Source of the DNA: Malacoraja senta | Taxonomy: Eukaryota | Assembly (NCBI GenBank): GCA_038087875.1 | Contig: CM075993.1 | Location: 9,364,001 to 9,424,000 of the forward strand | Length of the DNA: 60,000 nucleotides | Reading direction: 5' to 3' | Part shown: positions 37,765-51,495 of the stretch, one piece after another | Numbering within the stretch: position 1 is the first letter of the stretch | Layout: each line of letters starts with the position of its first letter | The notes under the pieces: generated by a model | Databases searched by the model: none | Told to the model about the DNA's origin: nothing | What the model saw: the letters and a program-made list of their open reading frames with translations, nothing else | Program-made: the position numbers and the translations under genes

Positions 37765-38645
37765 ATGCCTCATAATTTTATCTGCTTCTATGATACCTCC
37801 CTGCAACCTCTGCATCCCAGAGAAAACAGTCCAAGTTTGCCAACATCTCCCTGTAGGTATTGCCTCCTAATCCAAGCATCATTCTTGGTAAACTCCCCTG
37901 CACCTTCTCCAAAGCCTCCATATCCTTCCTGTAATGGGATGACTAAAACTGCATGCAATACTGCAAATGTGGCAAAAATCCTATAAAGCTGTATCATGAC
38001 TTCCTGATTCTTATACTCAATGCCTTGACCTATGAAAGCAAGCATACCATATGCCTTCTTGTTGCCACTTTCAGGGAGCTATGGACTTGGAGTCACAAGA
38101 TACCTCTGTACAGCAATGCTGTTAAACGTCATGCCATTAATTTTATATTTTCCCCATACATTTGACCTGCCATAATGCAACACGTCACATTTGCTCAGAT
38201 GAAACTCTATTTCCAATTTCTCTACCCATTTCTGTGGCAAATCTATATCCCACATACTAAACTTACTAACCAACCTGTACATTTACGTCTAAGTCATATA
38301 TGTACATCACAAACAGCAGAGGTCCCAACCCAGAGCCTTGTAGAACTAAACTGGTCACAGACCTCCATATTGTCCTTCCACCTCAACTTCTGTCTTCTAT
38401 CAATAAGACAGCTCTGCTTCTTTACGACTAAGTCACTGTTAACCCACTGTTCTTCATCAACTGGATCAGTATATCATGTAGTTTATCAAATGCCTTATTA
38501 AAATCTATTAAGTCAACATCCACCGCCCTACTCATCGATCACAATTGTCACCTCAAAAAATTCAATTAAGTTTGTAAGACACAACCTACCACATACGCAA
38601 AGCTATGCTGATTGTTCCTAATGAACCCATTCTCTTCCAAATGGG
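37765..38645 (-). mobile_element. CR1-type LINE RT fragment
   Basis: MLAFIGQGIEYKNQEVMIQLY, KCDVLHYGRSN motifs. Confidence 0.8.
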
Positions 38646-38649
38646 TGTA

Positions 38650-39272
38650 CAGTGCCCTCCATAATGTTTGGGACAAAGACCAATCATTTATTTATTTGCC
38701 TCTGTACTCCACAATTTGAGATATGTAATAGAAAAAAATCACATGTGGTTAAAGTGCACATTGTCAGATTTTATTAAAGGCCATTTTTATACATTTTGGT
38801 TTCACCATGTAGACTATGTATAAACACCTAAGCTGTGTATATACATAGTCCCCCTATTTCACCATAATGTTTGCGACACATGGCTTCACAGGTGGTTGTA
38901 ATTGCTCAGGTGTGTTTAATTGCCTTCTTAATGCAGGTATAAGAGAGCTCTCGGCACCTAGTCTTTCCTCCAGTCAATCCATCACCGTTGGAAACTTTTA
39001 TTGCTGTTTATCAACATGAGGACAAAAGTTGTGTCAATGAAAGTCAAATAACCCATTATGAGACTGAGAATCAAGAATAAAACTGTTAGAGAACTGTAAG
39101 CCAAACCTTACGCTTACCAAATTCAACTGTTTGGAACATAGTTAAGAAGAAAGAGAGCACTGGTGAGCTTACTAATTGCAAAGGGACTGGCAGGCCAAGG
39201 AAGACCCCCACAGCTGATGACAGAAGAATTCTCTCTATAACAAAGAAAAATCCCCAAACACCTGTCCGACAG
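38650..39272 (+). mobile_element. 5' part of a Tc1 transposon, truncated by the Helitron array
   Basis: TA|CAGTGCCCTCC terminus, repeated CCATAATGTTTG DR, decayed transposase N-terminus from ATG 39016 (STVWNIVKK..GRPRKT..DDRRI). Confidence 0.85.
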
Positions 39273-42200
39273 GTGCCGACGAAAGCTGTCGGCACCTCTA
39301 CAGAATTCAGGGGAGGCCCCACCTCCTCCCCCCACACACACAGACACACAGCGGGTCCGATCTAAGCTGTCAATGAAGACAGCAATTTTTTTTTTTTTAA
39401 ACTCTTTGAAATTAAAAGTTAATGTTAAGAATTAGTGATGTTAAGTGAGAAATAATTCAATTCAATTCAATGAAAAACAATGGAATCAACAACCTGGCAG
39501 GCTGGGGGCCCAGGTCGGGCGGGGCCAGGAAGCAGTTGGGCCAGGTGCAAAGGCATTGTGAGGTCAGCGGGCGGGACCGGGCAGGGACTGCAGGCAGGCT
39601 GTGGGGGCAGGGCCAGGCTGGGCCAGGAAGCAGTTGGGCCAGGTGCAAAGGCATTGTGTGGTCAGTGGGCGGGGCCGGGCGGGGTCAGTAGGCAGGCTGG
39701 GGGGGTGGGGCTGAGCGGGGCCAAGAGGCAGTTGGGCCAGGTGCAAAGGCATTGTGAGGTCAGCAGCTGGGTGACCTTAATATATTTTTTTAATATCAGT
39801 TTGGTGATAAATTTTAGTAAATATCTCTGGAAATATTCGACCAAATTTATAGAGGATTGGATTTTTGAAATCATAACGAAATTTTCTACCAGAAGATGTA
39901 AAAATTTCACTGTTATTGTAACGTCAGCAGCTGGGCAGCGGTCAGATTTTAAAAAAAAATGTCAGATTGGTCAACAATTTTAATTAAAAAGTCAGGAAAA
40001 TAATGTACCAACGGTACAGAGGATTTCTAAACTCGCAAGGAAATTTTCTACTGAAATATGTAAAAAATTTCCCGTTTCGGCGTCTGGTTTTCGAGGAGAT
40101 ACGTTTCACATGCAAAATGACCCCCCCCCCCCACAAACACACACACAGTTTTAATAGATACTAGACCAAGTGCAGACCCGTTGGGTCTGTTCTTCCAACG
40201 CCTGTTTGCGGTGGGGGTCTGGGGGAGCTGCATGCAGCGTCACATGCACTAACCACCCCCACACACACGCTAACTACCCCCCCCCCTTGATATATTAATA
40301 TTATTAAGAGAGGGAGGGGGGGTAGAGAGTGAGGGCAGAGAGAGAATGGGGAGAGACAGAGACAGAAGGGCAAGAGACAGAGGGAGAGGGGGGTGGAGAG
40401 GACGCTTCAGACCCCGAGTACAGGGAGGGGGGGAGGATGGAGTGGGTGGGCGGGCGTGGTCCCGAGTGAGCCTGCGGGCCGCGAGCGAGTCACGGAGCGA
40501 TCTGAGGATGATGAAAACAGCGGGGCACCATCCGATCGTGGCTTCCGCCAGCGTGACAGAGCCGGGCCGGGCTGGGGGGGGTGAGTGGAGGAGAGCCGCG
40601 TAGCACCAGCCGTTATCGTCGCGCAGGGCACGCGATGAGAAGGTGGCCCTGGCGGCCATTAATCCCTCTGGATCCTTGGCCCGCAGCACAGCGGGATGCG
40701 AAAAAATGACTGAGTGGTGGGGGGGGAGGGGGGAATGGTGGTGGAAAGTGCGCCTGCGCGTTGAGAGCATCTGCTTTAATTGAGGGGGGGCGGTGCCGCG
40801 AGCAAGTGCATTGCGACGTCTGCAGCTGCCGCAGTGGTTTGATTTTTAAAAAACTGTTTTGTGAACAACTTTATTAAAAATCTGGGGAAATAATTGATCA
40901 AATTTAGGGAGGAGTCGATTTCCGAAATCATAAGTTAAATCGCTACCGAAATATGTAAAAATTTCAGCGTATTTGCATCTGGTTTTAGAGAAAATACGTT
41001 TCAAAGGCAAAATGACATACACCCACACACACACACACATACAGAGTTTTGATAGATACTAGACCAAGTGCAGACCCGTTGGGTCTGTTCCTCCAATGCC
41101 TAGTTGCGGTGGGGGGGCTGGGGGGGGGGGGGCGGCATGCGGCGTCACATGCACTAACCACCCCTACACACACGCTAACTACCCCCAATTTATATTATAT
41201 TAATATTATTAAGATGGGGGGAGAGTGAGGGCAGAGAGAGAATGGGGAGAGACAGAGAGAGGGGGGCAGAGACAGAAGGGCAAGAGACAGAGGGAGAGGG
41301 GGGTGGAGGGGAGGAGAAGAGGGAGGGTGGGGAGAGAGAGGGGAGGGAAAGGGGGCAGAGAGGGGGAGGAGGGGGTAGGGGAGTATGGGGATTAGGGGAG
41401 GGAGGGTGGGGGAGAGAGAGGGCGACAGAGAGAGAGGAGAGAGGGAGAGAGAGAGGGAGGAAGAGCGAGAGGGAGGGAGAGAGAGGGGGAGGGAGAGAGA
41501 GGGGGGAGGGGGAGAAGGTGGGAGCAGGGAGGGGGGAAAGGGAGAGGGGGAAGAAGGGAGGGAGGAGATGGGTAGGGTCGCCCAGCAGCCGTCGGCCTCA
41601 GAGTCAGCCTCCGCTCCTCGCATCCTCGGCGCCTCCTCCCTGTACCCCCGGAGCCAGCCGGTTATCTCCAGGTCGTCACAGAGGACCGATTCCCGAACGC
41701 TTCAAACCTCGAGTACGGGGAGGGGGGGGAGAGTGCAGTGGGCGGGCGGGCAGGCGTGGTCCCGAGTGAGTCTGCGGGCCGCGAGCGAGGCACGGAGCGA
41801 TCTGAGGACCGTGAAAAGCAGCGGGGGGACCAGCCGATCGTGGCTTCCGCCAGCGTGACAGAGCCGGGGGGGGAGTGGAGGAGAGCCAGGCGGCAGCAGC
41901 CGTTATCGTCGCTCGGGGCACGCGATGAGAAGGTGGCCCTGGCGGCCATTACTCCCTGGATCTTTGGTCCGCAGCACAGCGGGAGGCGAAAAAATGACAG
42001 GGTGGGGGGGGTGGGTGGTGAAAAGTGCGCCTGCGCATTGAAAGCATCTGCTTTAATCGAGAGCGGGGGAGGGGGGGCAGTGCCGGGAGCAAGGGCATTG
42101 CAACGTCTGCAGCTGCCACAGCGGTTTGATTTTTTTTAAACAGTCAGTTTTGTGAACAATTTTAAGTTATCATAAGTTAAATCGCTACCGAAATATGTAA

Positions 42201-44388
42201 AATTTTCAGCGTATTTGCGTCTGGTTTTCGAGAAAATACGTTTCAAAGGCAAAATGACATACACCCACACACACACACACAGTTTTAATAGATACCAGAC
42301 AAAGCGCAGACCCGTTGGGTCTGTTCCTCCAACGCCCGGTTGCAGTGGAGGGGGCGGCATGCGGCATCACACGCACTAACCACCCCTACACACACCCTAA
42401 CTAACCCCCTTTATATTATATTAAAATTATTAAGAGGGGAGGGGTAGAGAGTGAGGGCAGAGAGAGAATGGGGAGAGACAGAGAGAGATGGGCAGAGACA
42501 GAAGGGCAAGAGAGAGGGAGAGGGTGGAGGGGAAGAGGAGAGGGAGGGTGGGGAGAGAGGAGGGAAAGGGGGGCTGAGAGGGGGGGGGTAGGGTAGGGCT
42601 GGAGTGGAGTAGGGGGTTTAGGGGAGGGAGGGCAGGGGTGTGGGGGAGAGGGAGTGGGGAGAGAGGGGGAGACAGAGAGAGAGGGGGAGAGAGGGAGGAA
42701 GAGAGAGAGAGGGAGGGATAGAGAGGAGGGAGGAGAGGGGTAGGATCGCCCAGCAGCCATCGGCCTCAGAGGAGGGAAGAGGGTAGGGGATGGGTTGAGA
42801 GGAGGGGGAAGGGGGTTTAGGGGAGGGCAGGGGGTTATGGGAGAGAAGGGGGAGAGAGGGGGAGAGAGGGGGAGAGAGGGGGGGAGAGGGGGGGAGAGGG
42901 GGGAGAGAGAGAAGAGAGGGGGAGAGAGAGCAGAAGGGGGAGAGAGAGGGGGGTGAGGGAGAGAGAGAGGGGGGAGGGGGAGAGAGAGGGGGAGGGAGAG
43001 AGAGAGAGAGGGGGAGGGAGAGAGGGGAGGGAGAGAGAGGGGGGAGGGAGAGGGAGAGGGGGGAGGGAGAGAGAGAGGGGGGAGGGAGAGAGAGAGGGGG
43101 GAGTGAGAGAGAGAGAGAGCGGGGGGAGAGAGAGAGGGGGGAGAGAGATGGGGTGGAGGGAAGGGGGTATGGGAGGGGTGGAGGGAGGGCAGGAGGGAGA
43201 TGGGGTAGGGGAGAGAGGGGGAAGAGTGTGGAGGGAGGGGGAGAGGGGGAAGAGTGGGGAGGAGGAGATGGGGTAGGGGAGAGAGGGGAGGGAGGGTGAG
43301 AGGGGAGGGAGGGTGAGGGGAGGGAGGGAGAGGGGTGGGGGCAGTCCATCTATTCCCCACTCCCTATCACCCCCTCTCCCTCTTTTCCAACACTCTCCCT
43401 CCTCACCTCCCCCATTCCCCCCTCTCCCTCCTCTCCCTCAATCCCCCCACTCCCCCTCTTCACCTCCCCAGGATCTTGCTCGTTCAGAGAGAGGAACACA
43501 GAACAGGGAGGAGTCAGAGAGCCAAAGACTTATCTCTTCTCCCGATCTGCAGAGCATTTTGAGAACGGGGGGAGGGGTGGGGGGTTGGAGTCGGCGGGCG
43601 GGCAGGCGTGGGAGTGGGAGTGGAGCTGTGGGCTTCTGACTTATCTCTTCTCCCGATCCGCAAAGCATTTTGAGAACGGGGGAGGGGTGGGGGGGGTTGG
43701 AGTCGGTGGGCGGGCGGGCCTGGGAGTGGAGCTGTGGGCTTCTGACTTATCTCTTCTCCCGATCTGCAGAGCATTTTGTGAACGGGGAGGGGGGGTGGGG
43801 GGTTGGACTGAGCGGACGGGCGGGCCTGGGAGTGGAGCTGTGGGCTTCTGACACTCTGGAGCGCGCAGGGGATGGGAGGGGCGCGCAGGCGGGCGAGGCT
43901 TCGCGATCTGCACCAGCTGTGAGTTCAGCGGAACTTACGCCTTATCTCTTCTCCCGATCGGCAGAGCATTTTGAGAACGGGGGGGGAGGGGGTTGGAGCA
44001 GGCGGGCGGGCGGGCGTGTCGAGCTGCGGGTGGCACGGCATGAGCGTAGTTGGAGGGAGGGGGGAGGAGCCGGGCTGCCAAATGAAGAGAGAGAGAGAGA
44101 GAAGCGGCTTCGATTGGTCGGCATGTATGCATTGTGACGTCGCAGCTGGTGAGTTCCGTTTAGATTTTAAAATGAGTGGGGGGGGAGGGAGGATTTTATT
44201 TAAGAATGTGTACATAAAAACGTCTAAAGGTAATGAGGAGTGGATTTGCGAATGTAAAAGCCAAATTGCTAGCGAAATGGAAAAAATCGTGGAGTTTTCA
44301 CGTGTGGTTTTGGCTGACCAAGGAATCAAAGGCCAAAAAATCAAATCTGGAAAAAAATCTGAAAATGGAACGTGACATACACCCACAA

Positions 44389-44420
<32 letters not shown>

Positions 44421-45980
44421 AAAAGTATACTAGACCAAGAGCAGACCCGTTGGGTCTGGACCCCGAACGTGCTTCAGACCCCGGGGTCTGGTTCCCGAAC
44501 GTGCTTCAGCGTCTTGACGGCGTAGACAGCGTCTTGAGCAAGCGTGAGAGAGCCGGCCCGGGGGGGGATTGGGTAGTTGAGGAGAGCCGGGCGGCAGCAG
44601 CGAAAAAATAAAATTTGTGCATTTTTGGAAGAGAGCCGGGTGCTTGAGCCAGCGTGAGAGATCCGGCCCGGGGGGGTGGGGGGGGGTAGTGGAGGAGAGG
44701 CGGGCGGCAGCAGCTAAATTCGCCAGCGAAAGAAGAAAAATGTAGCCGTTTTTGGAGCAGAGCCGGGCGGCAGCAGCCGTTATGGTGGCTGGCCAGCAGG
44801 AGGCGACAAAATGGGGGGGGGGTGGATTTTATTAAAAAATGTGTACATAAAAATGTCTAAATCTAATAAGGAGTGTGTTAGGGTATGTAAAAGTGTAATG
44901 TCTCGCGAAATGGAAAACATCGCGGAGTTTATGCGTGTGGTTTTGGCGGAGCAAGGAATCAAAGGCCAAATGTGACACCCACAAATAAATAAACACATCC
45001 ACACACATACAGAGTTTTAATAGTATACTAGACCAAGTGCAGACCCGTTGGGTCTGGTCCCCGAAAGTGCTTGACACCCCGGGGTGTTGTTCCCGAACGT
45101 GCTTCAGACCCCGGGGTGAAAATCGTGGAAAAAAAGATGGCGTCGTTTTCGGAAATAATCGGAGACAATCGGCGAAAAAAAGATGGCGTCGTTTTCGGAG
45201 AAAATCGGAGAAAATCACATGGGGGTGGGGGGGGGGATGGATTTTATTAAAAAAACATGTACATAAACAGGACCGAATTTAATCAGGAGTGGCTATTCGT
45301 AAAGATAAATGTCATCTCTTTGGAAATGGTAAAAAATATGGGCCTTTCCGCGCGCTGTGTGGGCCAGGGGCGGTATCAAAGGCGGCACAGGTCAAGCAGA
45401 ACGTTGGACGTACGGACGTACAGACGTACAGACGGACGACAGCCAGAGAGTTTTAAAAGTATACTAGACCAAGTGCAGACCCGTTGGGTCTGGTCCCCGA
45501 AAGTGCTTCACACCCCGGGGTGTTGTTCCCGAACGTGCTTCAGACCCCGGGGTGAAAATCGTGGAAAAAAAGATGGCGTCGTTTTCGGAAAAAATCGGAG
45601 AAAATCGGCGAAAAAAAGATGGCGTCGTTTTCGGAGAAAATCGGCGAAAAAAGATGGCGTCATTTTTGGAGAAAATCGGAGACAATCGGAGAAAATCACA
45701 TGGGGGTGGGGGGGGGGGGGATGGATTTTATTTAAAAAACGTGTACATAAACAGGACCGAATTTAATCAGGAGTGGCTATTCGTAAAGATAAATGTCATC
45801 TCTTTGGAAATGGTAAAAAATATGGGCCTTTCCGCGCGCCGTGTGGGCCAGGGGCGGTATCAAAGGCGGCACAGGTCAAGCAGAACGTTGGACGTACGGA
45901 CGTACAGACGTACAGACGGACGACAGCCAGAGAGTTTTAAAAGTATAATATAGAAGATAGATAGATAGATATGATATGAT
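39271..45980 (-). mobile_element. Head-to-tail tandem array of non-autonomous Helitrons
   Basis: Minus-strand 3' ends CAGACCC-AAC-GGGTCTG hairpin + ~9 nt + CTAG at plus coordinates 40161, 41059, 42295 (mutated), 44430, 45028, 45464; TC/TA-rich 5' ends followed by (TG)n or (CGTC)n microsatellites. Confidence 0.8.
42430..43470. repeat. GA-rich low-complexity tract (also 41210-41580)
   Basis: Almost pure purine strand that switches to pure pyrimidine at ~43350. Confidence 0.9.
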
Positions 45981-48599
45981 ATAAGAAATGTCAGGTAACA
46001 TTCAGGAGAGTTTATCAAGCAAGTCCATAGGCAAAATTGATCCTAGCTTTTGACCCACCTGCACTTAAATAAATATTTGAGGCTAAAATAATGCTTTTAA
46101 ATAATTAATCTAATACCAATTAAAAATCAAGCAGCCTGCTTAGTTTAAAATAACTAAAAAATAAATAGGATATTTTGCTGCAAGGCAAATATTTCACTTA
46201 ATAGTAGCTTTGAGAGGAAATTCCCAAAATGCCGCAAAATTACAATAAGAATCCCAAACCAATGAAGGGAATTTTGTGTGTACGTTCATGTTCCAAAAGG
46301 ATATGTTTTTGGGACAGTCTTAAAGGAGGATATGTGATTAAGTAGGGCTTCATAGAATCTGTGAATGAAGACGACACAGTGAAGCAGTATGTATATGAGG
46401 CCAATTAAAAGAATATTGAAGGTAGTATTGTTGAAGGATGCAGGAATAATAGTAGTGTTGGAGTAAATTTCATATATTAAGGCTGGCATGAGGCCGTGAA
46501 GCAATTAAAATCAAATGGTGAAAATTGTAAACTTGAGCCCCGTGGAGATAAAAGAAAATCAATAATGGTCAATGAGAATGTTGAGAATAAAGAACGAGTT
46601 ATAGAACATAGAAACAGGACCTTTGAATTGAAAGCATTTTCTGTAAGTATCGGCACTTTATTTGCCCCATTTCATCTAACCCAGCTTTTGTTGCTAATTT
46701 CCTCCCATGTTCAATTGTTATCAAATATGCTTGCAATGGAAGTAAGGTAAATTCATATCAATTCATATCATGCACAAAATAATATTCCATATATTAAATG
46801 TGGTAATTTAGTGTTGCTTAATTCCCTTTAGAACAAGATTAGTCAGAATTTTTTTTCTTGATCAAAATTGTCTTTAAAATGATTTCATGCTCCCATGGTT
46901 ACTAATTGCTGTAGAACGTACTTTTGAATCATTTATTCTTAAATACAGCATGGTTAATTTAATAGAATCAGAAACAAAGCAAATTCTATTTAGTATTGGC
47001 ACTTGGACAACTCATTGGAAACATCTTAGACATAACAATATGTGCTACTGTAATAAGCTGACACATCAGCTTATTCTCACCCTTTATGATTCGTCTGGGA
47101 GAACATTCCAAAGCTTTCATCGCTTGCTGTTAATGGGCCATTAATGTGCCAAGCCACAGGACAAAAGGACGAAAGGTTGTGCTAGAATGTTGCGGTGCAC
47201 TGGACCTGAAGATAAACTTAACTATGATTGGAATAACTAACGTTTTATAAAAATGCAATGCCATAAAATTGAATGAGATAGCATAAAGGAAATGGATCAG
47301 TTCCACTTGTAAGTAGGACCGCTTGAATACAACAACACAAGAGAAAAATATTGTAGACACAAGGAACTGCAGATGCTGGTTTACAAAAAAAGACACAAAG
47401 TGCTTGAGTAACTCAGCGGGTCTGGCAGCATCTCTGGTGAACATGGTCATGTGATGCTTCAGGTCGGGATCCTTCCATGATAACCATGGTTGAGGGGCAG
47501 ATGGAAGTCGAACAGCAGGAGAGCAGCAGAAATGAGAGAGGGGGAGTACTGAAAGAGCGTCACACAGAACTCCTGTTGGAGAGAGAACTTCTTCAAAGTA
47601 AGTATACCATGAAGAGACTTGCAAATAGAAAAGGGGGAGCAACGAGAGAGGAAATAACAAAGGTGGACCAGTGGGAAAGGGCTCATTGGCCACACATTCC
47701 TCCTATTGTGTCCCTTCTCCCAACCTAGGTAAAGAACGTTGGAAGATTTTGGTCAATGCTCCCATGATCTCTTCTCATACATACTTGCTTCAAAATACTA
47801 CGATGCATCCCATTCAGTTCTGATGATTTAAAAAAATTTAGGTTTGGACATCTGTCCTAATGCCTCCCCACTATCACTTTGTAACATTCATTGTCTCAAC
47901 TATTTCCTCCTTTCCTATCACTTTGGAAGCATTATCTTCTTTATGATGATAAATGCAAAATATTTGTGTATTACTGTAATAGTTCTCTGAGCATCCCTTG
48001 CAGAATCGCATGTTTGTACTTCATGGGCCTCAGTACTCCAAATACTACCCTTTTTGCATTTATATGCCACTTTTGTTTTCCACATGTTGTCAGCTAATCT
48101 TTAAAATATGTTCTTTGCCTCTCTTAATTTTCATTTCCCCTCTGCTTCTTTAATAATCAGTTTGCCTCTCACTAGTAATTACAATTTGAGATTTGTCGTA
48201 CACTGTCATTTTTTTGTTTAAATCTTCCACTGTATCTCTTTTATCACCCTGGGAACTCTGGGTTTGTTTGATTGCCCGTCATGGGAATGTGCCTCAGCCA
48301 TACCAGAACTATCTCTTCCTTAAAGGCAATCTTATTCTATTATAGTTATGCCAGATAACTTTTGTTCCATTTTACCTCTGCCTGATCCACATTCATCTTA
48401 TTGAAATTGGCTTTCTTCTAATTCATTATTTCCATTGTGGATTGGAGTACGGTATTTCCTCAATCTGTAGCTAATTTAAATATTAGTATATCATGATTGC
48501 TATCTGCTGTATGTTCCCATATAAAAAAATAGTAGAACTACCCACCTCATTCCCTAGAACCAGATCTACCAATTGAAACAGTAATTGAAAACTAATAAA

Positions 48600-49060
48600 A
48601 CTGCCGATGTAGTAATTTGAAACAAAAACAATTGCTGGAAGAACTCAGCCAGCCAAACAACATCTATGGAAAGAGAAACTATCTCACGTTTCACTCAGGG
48701 ACACTTCCATAGAACTGAGGGAAGAGTAGAGGGTGACACCTTGGGAAGCAGAGCTGGTGGTAGAAGTGAGATGTAAGACAAAAATGTGTAGGTGATAGGG
48801 TGCATAAGTACTGACTGTTTCGAGAAATTTTATAGGAATGAAGTGAATAAAGGACATAAGCGATGATATAGGAAAACAGAGAGCAGTTTTCCTGAACTTG
48901 GAAAATTCATTGTTCTTTTCAGGTTTGTAAATACCTAGATGAAAAATAAAATGGTATTCCTCTAGACTATGTCGAGTCAGAGCATGGCAGTTGAGGCCAC
49001 AGATAAATGGAGATGTTAAGGTGAAGATGAGCTGGGAATCGGAAATTGCCAAAATGCAAA
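48600..49060 (-). mobile_element. Penelope-like element 3' fragment inside an old CR1
   Basis: GLNCH..LEEYHFIFHLG..NNEFSKFR (GIY-YIG C-terminus) followed by a decayed copy of the recurrent ~130-bp terminal repeat. Confidence 0.65.
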
Positions 49061-49695
49061 GGGTCACGAATATATGTGGGACAGGACTGGACCAGGGTAA
49101 ACAGGATTGAATCAAGATAGCAAGAAATGCTGTTTTCCTCATCAGACCAGTAACAAGCTGCTGTGGAAAATTATCCTGGATACATTTTAGAAACACTCCG
49201 CTCTTAATACATTAACTATCCAAATTTATAGTGGAATAATTAAAGACCTAATTATAACTAACTTACATTTCGTGTCTGGAATTTCCCTACATATTTGCTG
49301 TTATATATTTCCTGTTCACTGCTAAATAATAGAATACACCAATCCATGTAATATGCCCTGTTTTTTTTCCAAGTTCTAATCACATTGATTCTATCTCTGA
49401 CTTCTCTCTGATCGAAGGGTCTCGACCCAAAACGTCACCTATTCCTTCATTCCATAGATGCTGCCTCACCCGCTAAGTTTCTCCAGCATTTTTGTCTACC
49501 TTCGATTTTTCCAGCATCTGCAGTTCTTTCTTAAACATATTTCTGATATCCTTTCTTTTCAGAACTCTAATATTCTTTGTGATCATTACTACTAATTTAG
49601 GTTTAGGACTGCACCCCTTCTTTCCATCCCCATTCTTCCTGAACATATTGTATGCAGGGATATTTAATAACTGGTCCTGTCTCTTTTGAGAGGTA

Positions 49696-51319
49696 CAGTG
49701 CATTCAGAAAGTATTCAGACCCCTTCACTTTTTCCACATTTTGTTACGTCACAGCTTTATTCTAAAATGGATTAAATTCATTTTTTTAAATCTTCAATCT
49801 ACACACAGTACCCCATAATAAAGAAGTGAAAACAGATGTTTAGAAATTTTTTGCAAAGTAATTAAAACTAAATAACTGAAATAGTCAAGTCAAGTCAAGA
49901 GAGATTATTGTCATGTGTCCCAGATAGGACATTGAAATTCTTGCTTGCTGCGGCACAACAGAATATTGTAGGCATAAATACAGAACAGATCAGTGTGTCC
50001 ATATACCATAGAATACACATAAATAAACAGATAGAGTGCAATAGGTCGTTATAGTTCAGAGTTTGTTTGAAGTTGTGTTTAATAGTCTGATGGCTGTGGG
50101 GAAGTAGCTGTTCCTGAACCTGGATGTTGCAGATTTCAGGCTCCTGTACCTTCTACCTGATGGCAGCGGAGAGATGAGTGTGTGGCCAGGATGGTGTGGG
50201 TCCTTGATGATGTTGGCAGCCTTTTTGAGGCAGGGACTGCGATAGATCCCCTCGATGGTTGGGAGGTCAGAGCCGATGATGGACAGGGCAGTGTTTACAA
50301 CTTTTGCATAAGTATTCAGACCCTTTACTCAGTACTTTGTTGAGGCATCTTTTGCAGCGATTACAGCCTCAAGTCTTCTTGGGTATGACGCTATAATCTT
50401 GGCACACCTGTATTTGGGTAATTTCTCCCAATCTTCTCTGGAGATCCTCTCAAGGTCTGTCTGGTTGGACGGGGAGCGTCGATGCACAGCTATTTTCCAA
50501 TCCCTCCAGAGATGTTCGATTGGGCTCTGGCTGGGCCACTCAGGGACATTCACAGACTTGTCACAAAGCCGCTCCTGTGTTGTCTTGGCTGTATGCTTAG
50601 GATCGTTGTCCTTTTGAAAGGTGAACCTCTGCCCATGTCTGAGGTACAGAACACTCTGGAGCAGGTTTTCATCAAGGATCTCTCTGAACTTTGCTCCGTT
50701 TATCTTTCTTGGTCACCTCCATGACCAAGGCCCTTTTTCCCCGATTGCTCAGTTTGACCAGGCGGCCAGCTCTATGAAGAGTGGTTCCAAAGTTCTTCCA
50801 TCTAAGAATGACGGAGGCCACTGTGCTCTTCGGGACCTGCAATGCTGCAGAAATTGTTTCATACCATTCCCCAGATCTGTGTCTCAACGCAATCCTGTCT
50901 CGGGGGTCTATGGACAATTCCTTCGTCTTCATGGCTTGGTTTTTGCTCTGACATTCACTGTCAACTAAGGGACCTTATATAGACAGGTGTGTGCCTTTCC
51001 AAATCATGTACAATCAATTGAATTTACCACTGGTGGACTCCAATCAAGTCGTAGAAACATCTCAAGGATAATCAATGGAAACAGGATGCACCTAAGCTCA
51101 ATTTTGAGTGTCATTGCAAAGGGTGTGAATATTTATGTAAATGTGATATATCAGTTATTTTTAATTTGCAAACATTTCTAAACACCTGCTTTCGCTTTTT
51201 TATTATGGGGTATTGTAGATTGATGATCAAAAAATGAATTTAATCCATTTTAGAATAAGGCTGTAATGTAACAAAATGTGGAAAAAGTGAAGGGATGTGA
51301 ATACTTTCTGAATGCACTG
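49696..51319 (-). mobile_element. Internally deleted Tc1 (IR/DR type) transposon with a Rex1/Babar insertion at ~49884-50305
   Basis: TA|CAGTGCATTCAGAAAGTATTCA...TGAATACTTTCTGAATGCACTG|TA, ~200-bp TIRs; MKTKELS.. N-terminus and WPSQS..PIEHLW..GASTKY-like C-terminus. Confidence 0.92.
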
Positions 51320-51495
51320 TAAATAAGCAGAGGAAGGTAAATAGATAAAAAATACAAATGCATTTAATATTTAAAAAACACTAATGAATTTAACATTCAG
51401 GCCATTTATACAAATGCAAGAATTGGACAAGCTTTTAATAGAGGGCTATAACTTGTTGCCAGCAAGTCACCCACCTTAACTGCAGAGTACCAATT

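Noticed and set aside
41195..43360. Long Pro/Leu/Ser- or Gly/Glu/Arg-rich ORFs
   Set aside because: Artefacts of GA low-complexity sequence that lacks stop codons
40161..45500. CRISPR-like interpretation of the recurring 29-nt palindromic repeat
   Set aside because: Eukaryotic context, spacers of 0.4-2 kb that are homologous to each other, and no cas genes; the hairpin plus CTAG fits Helitron ends
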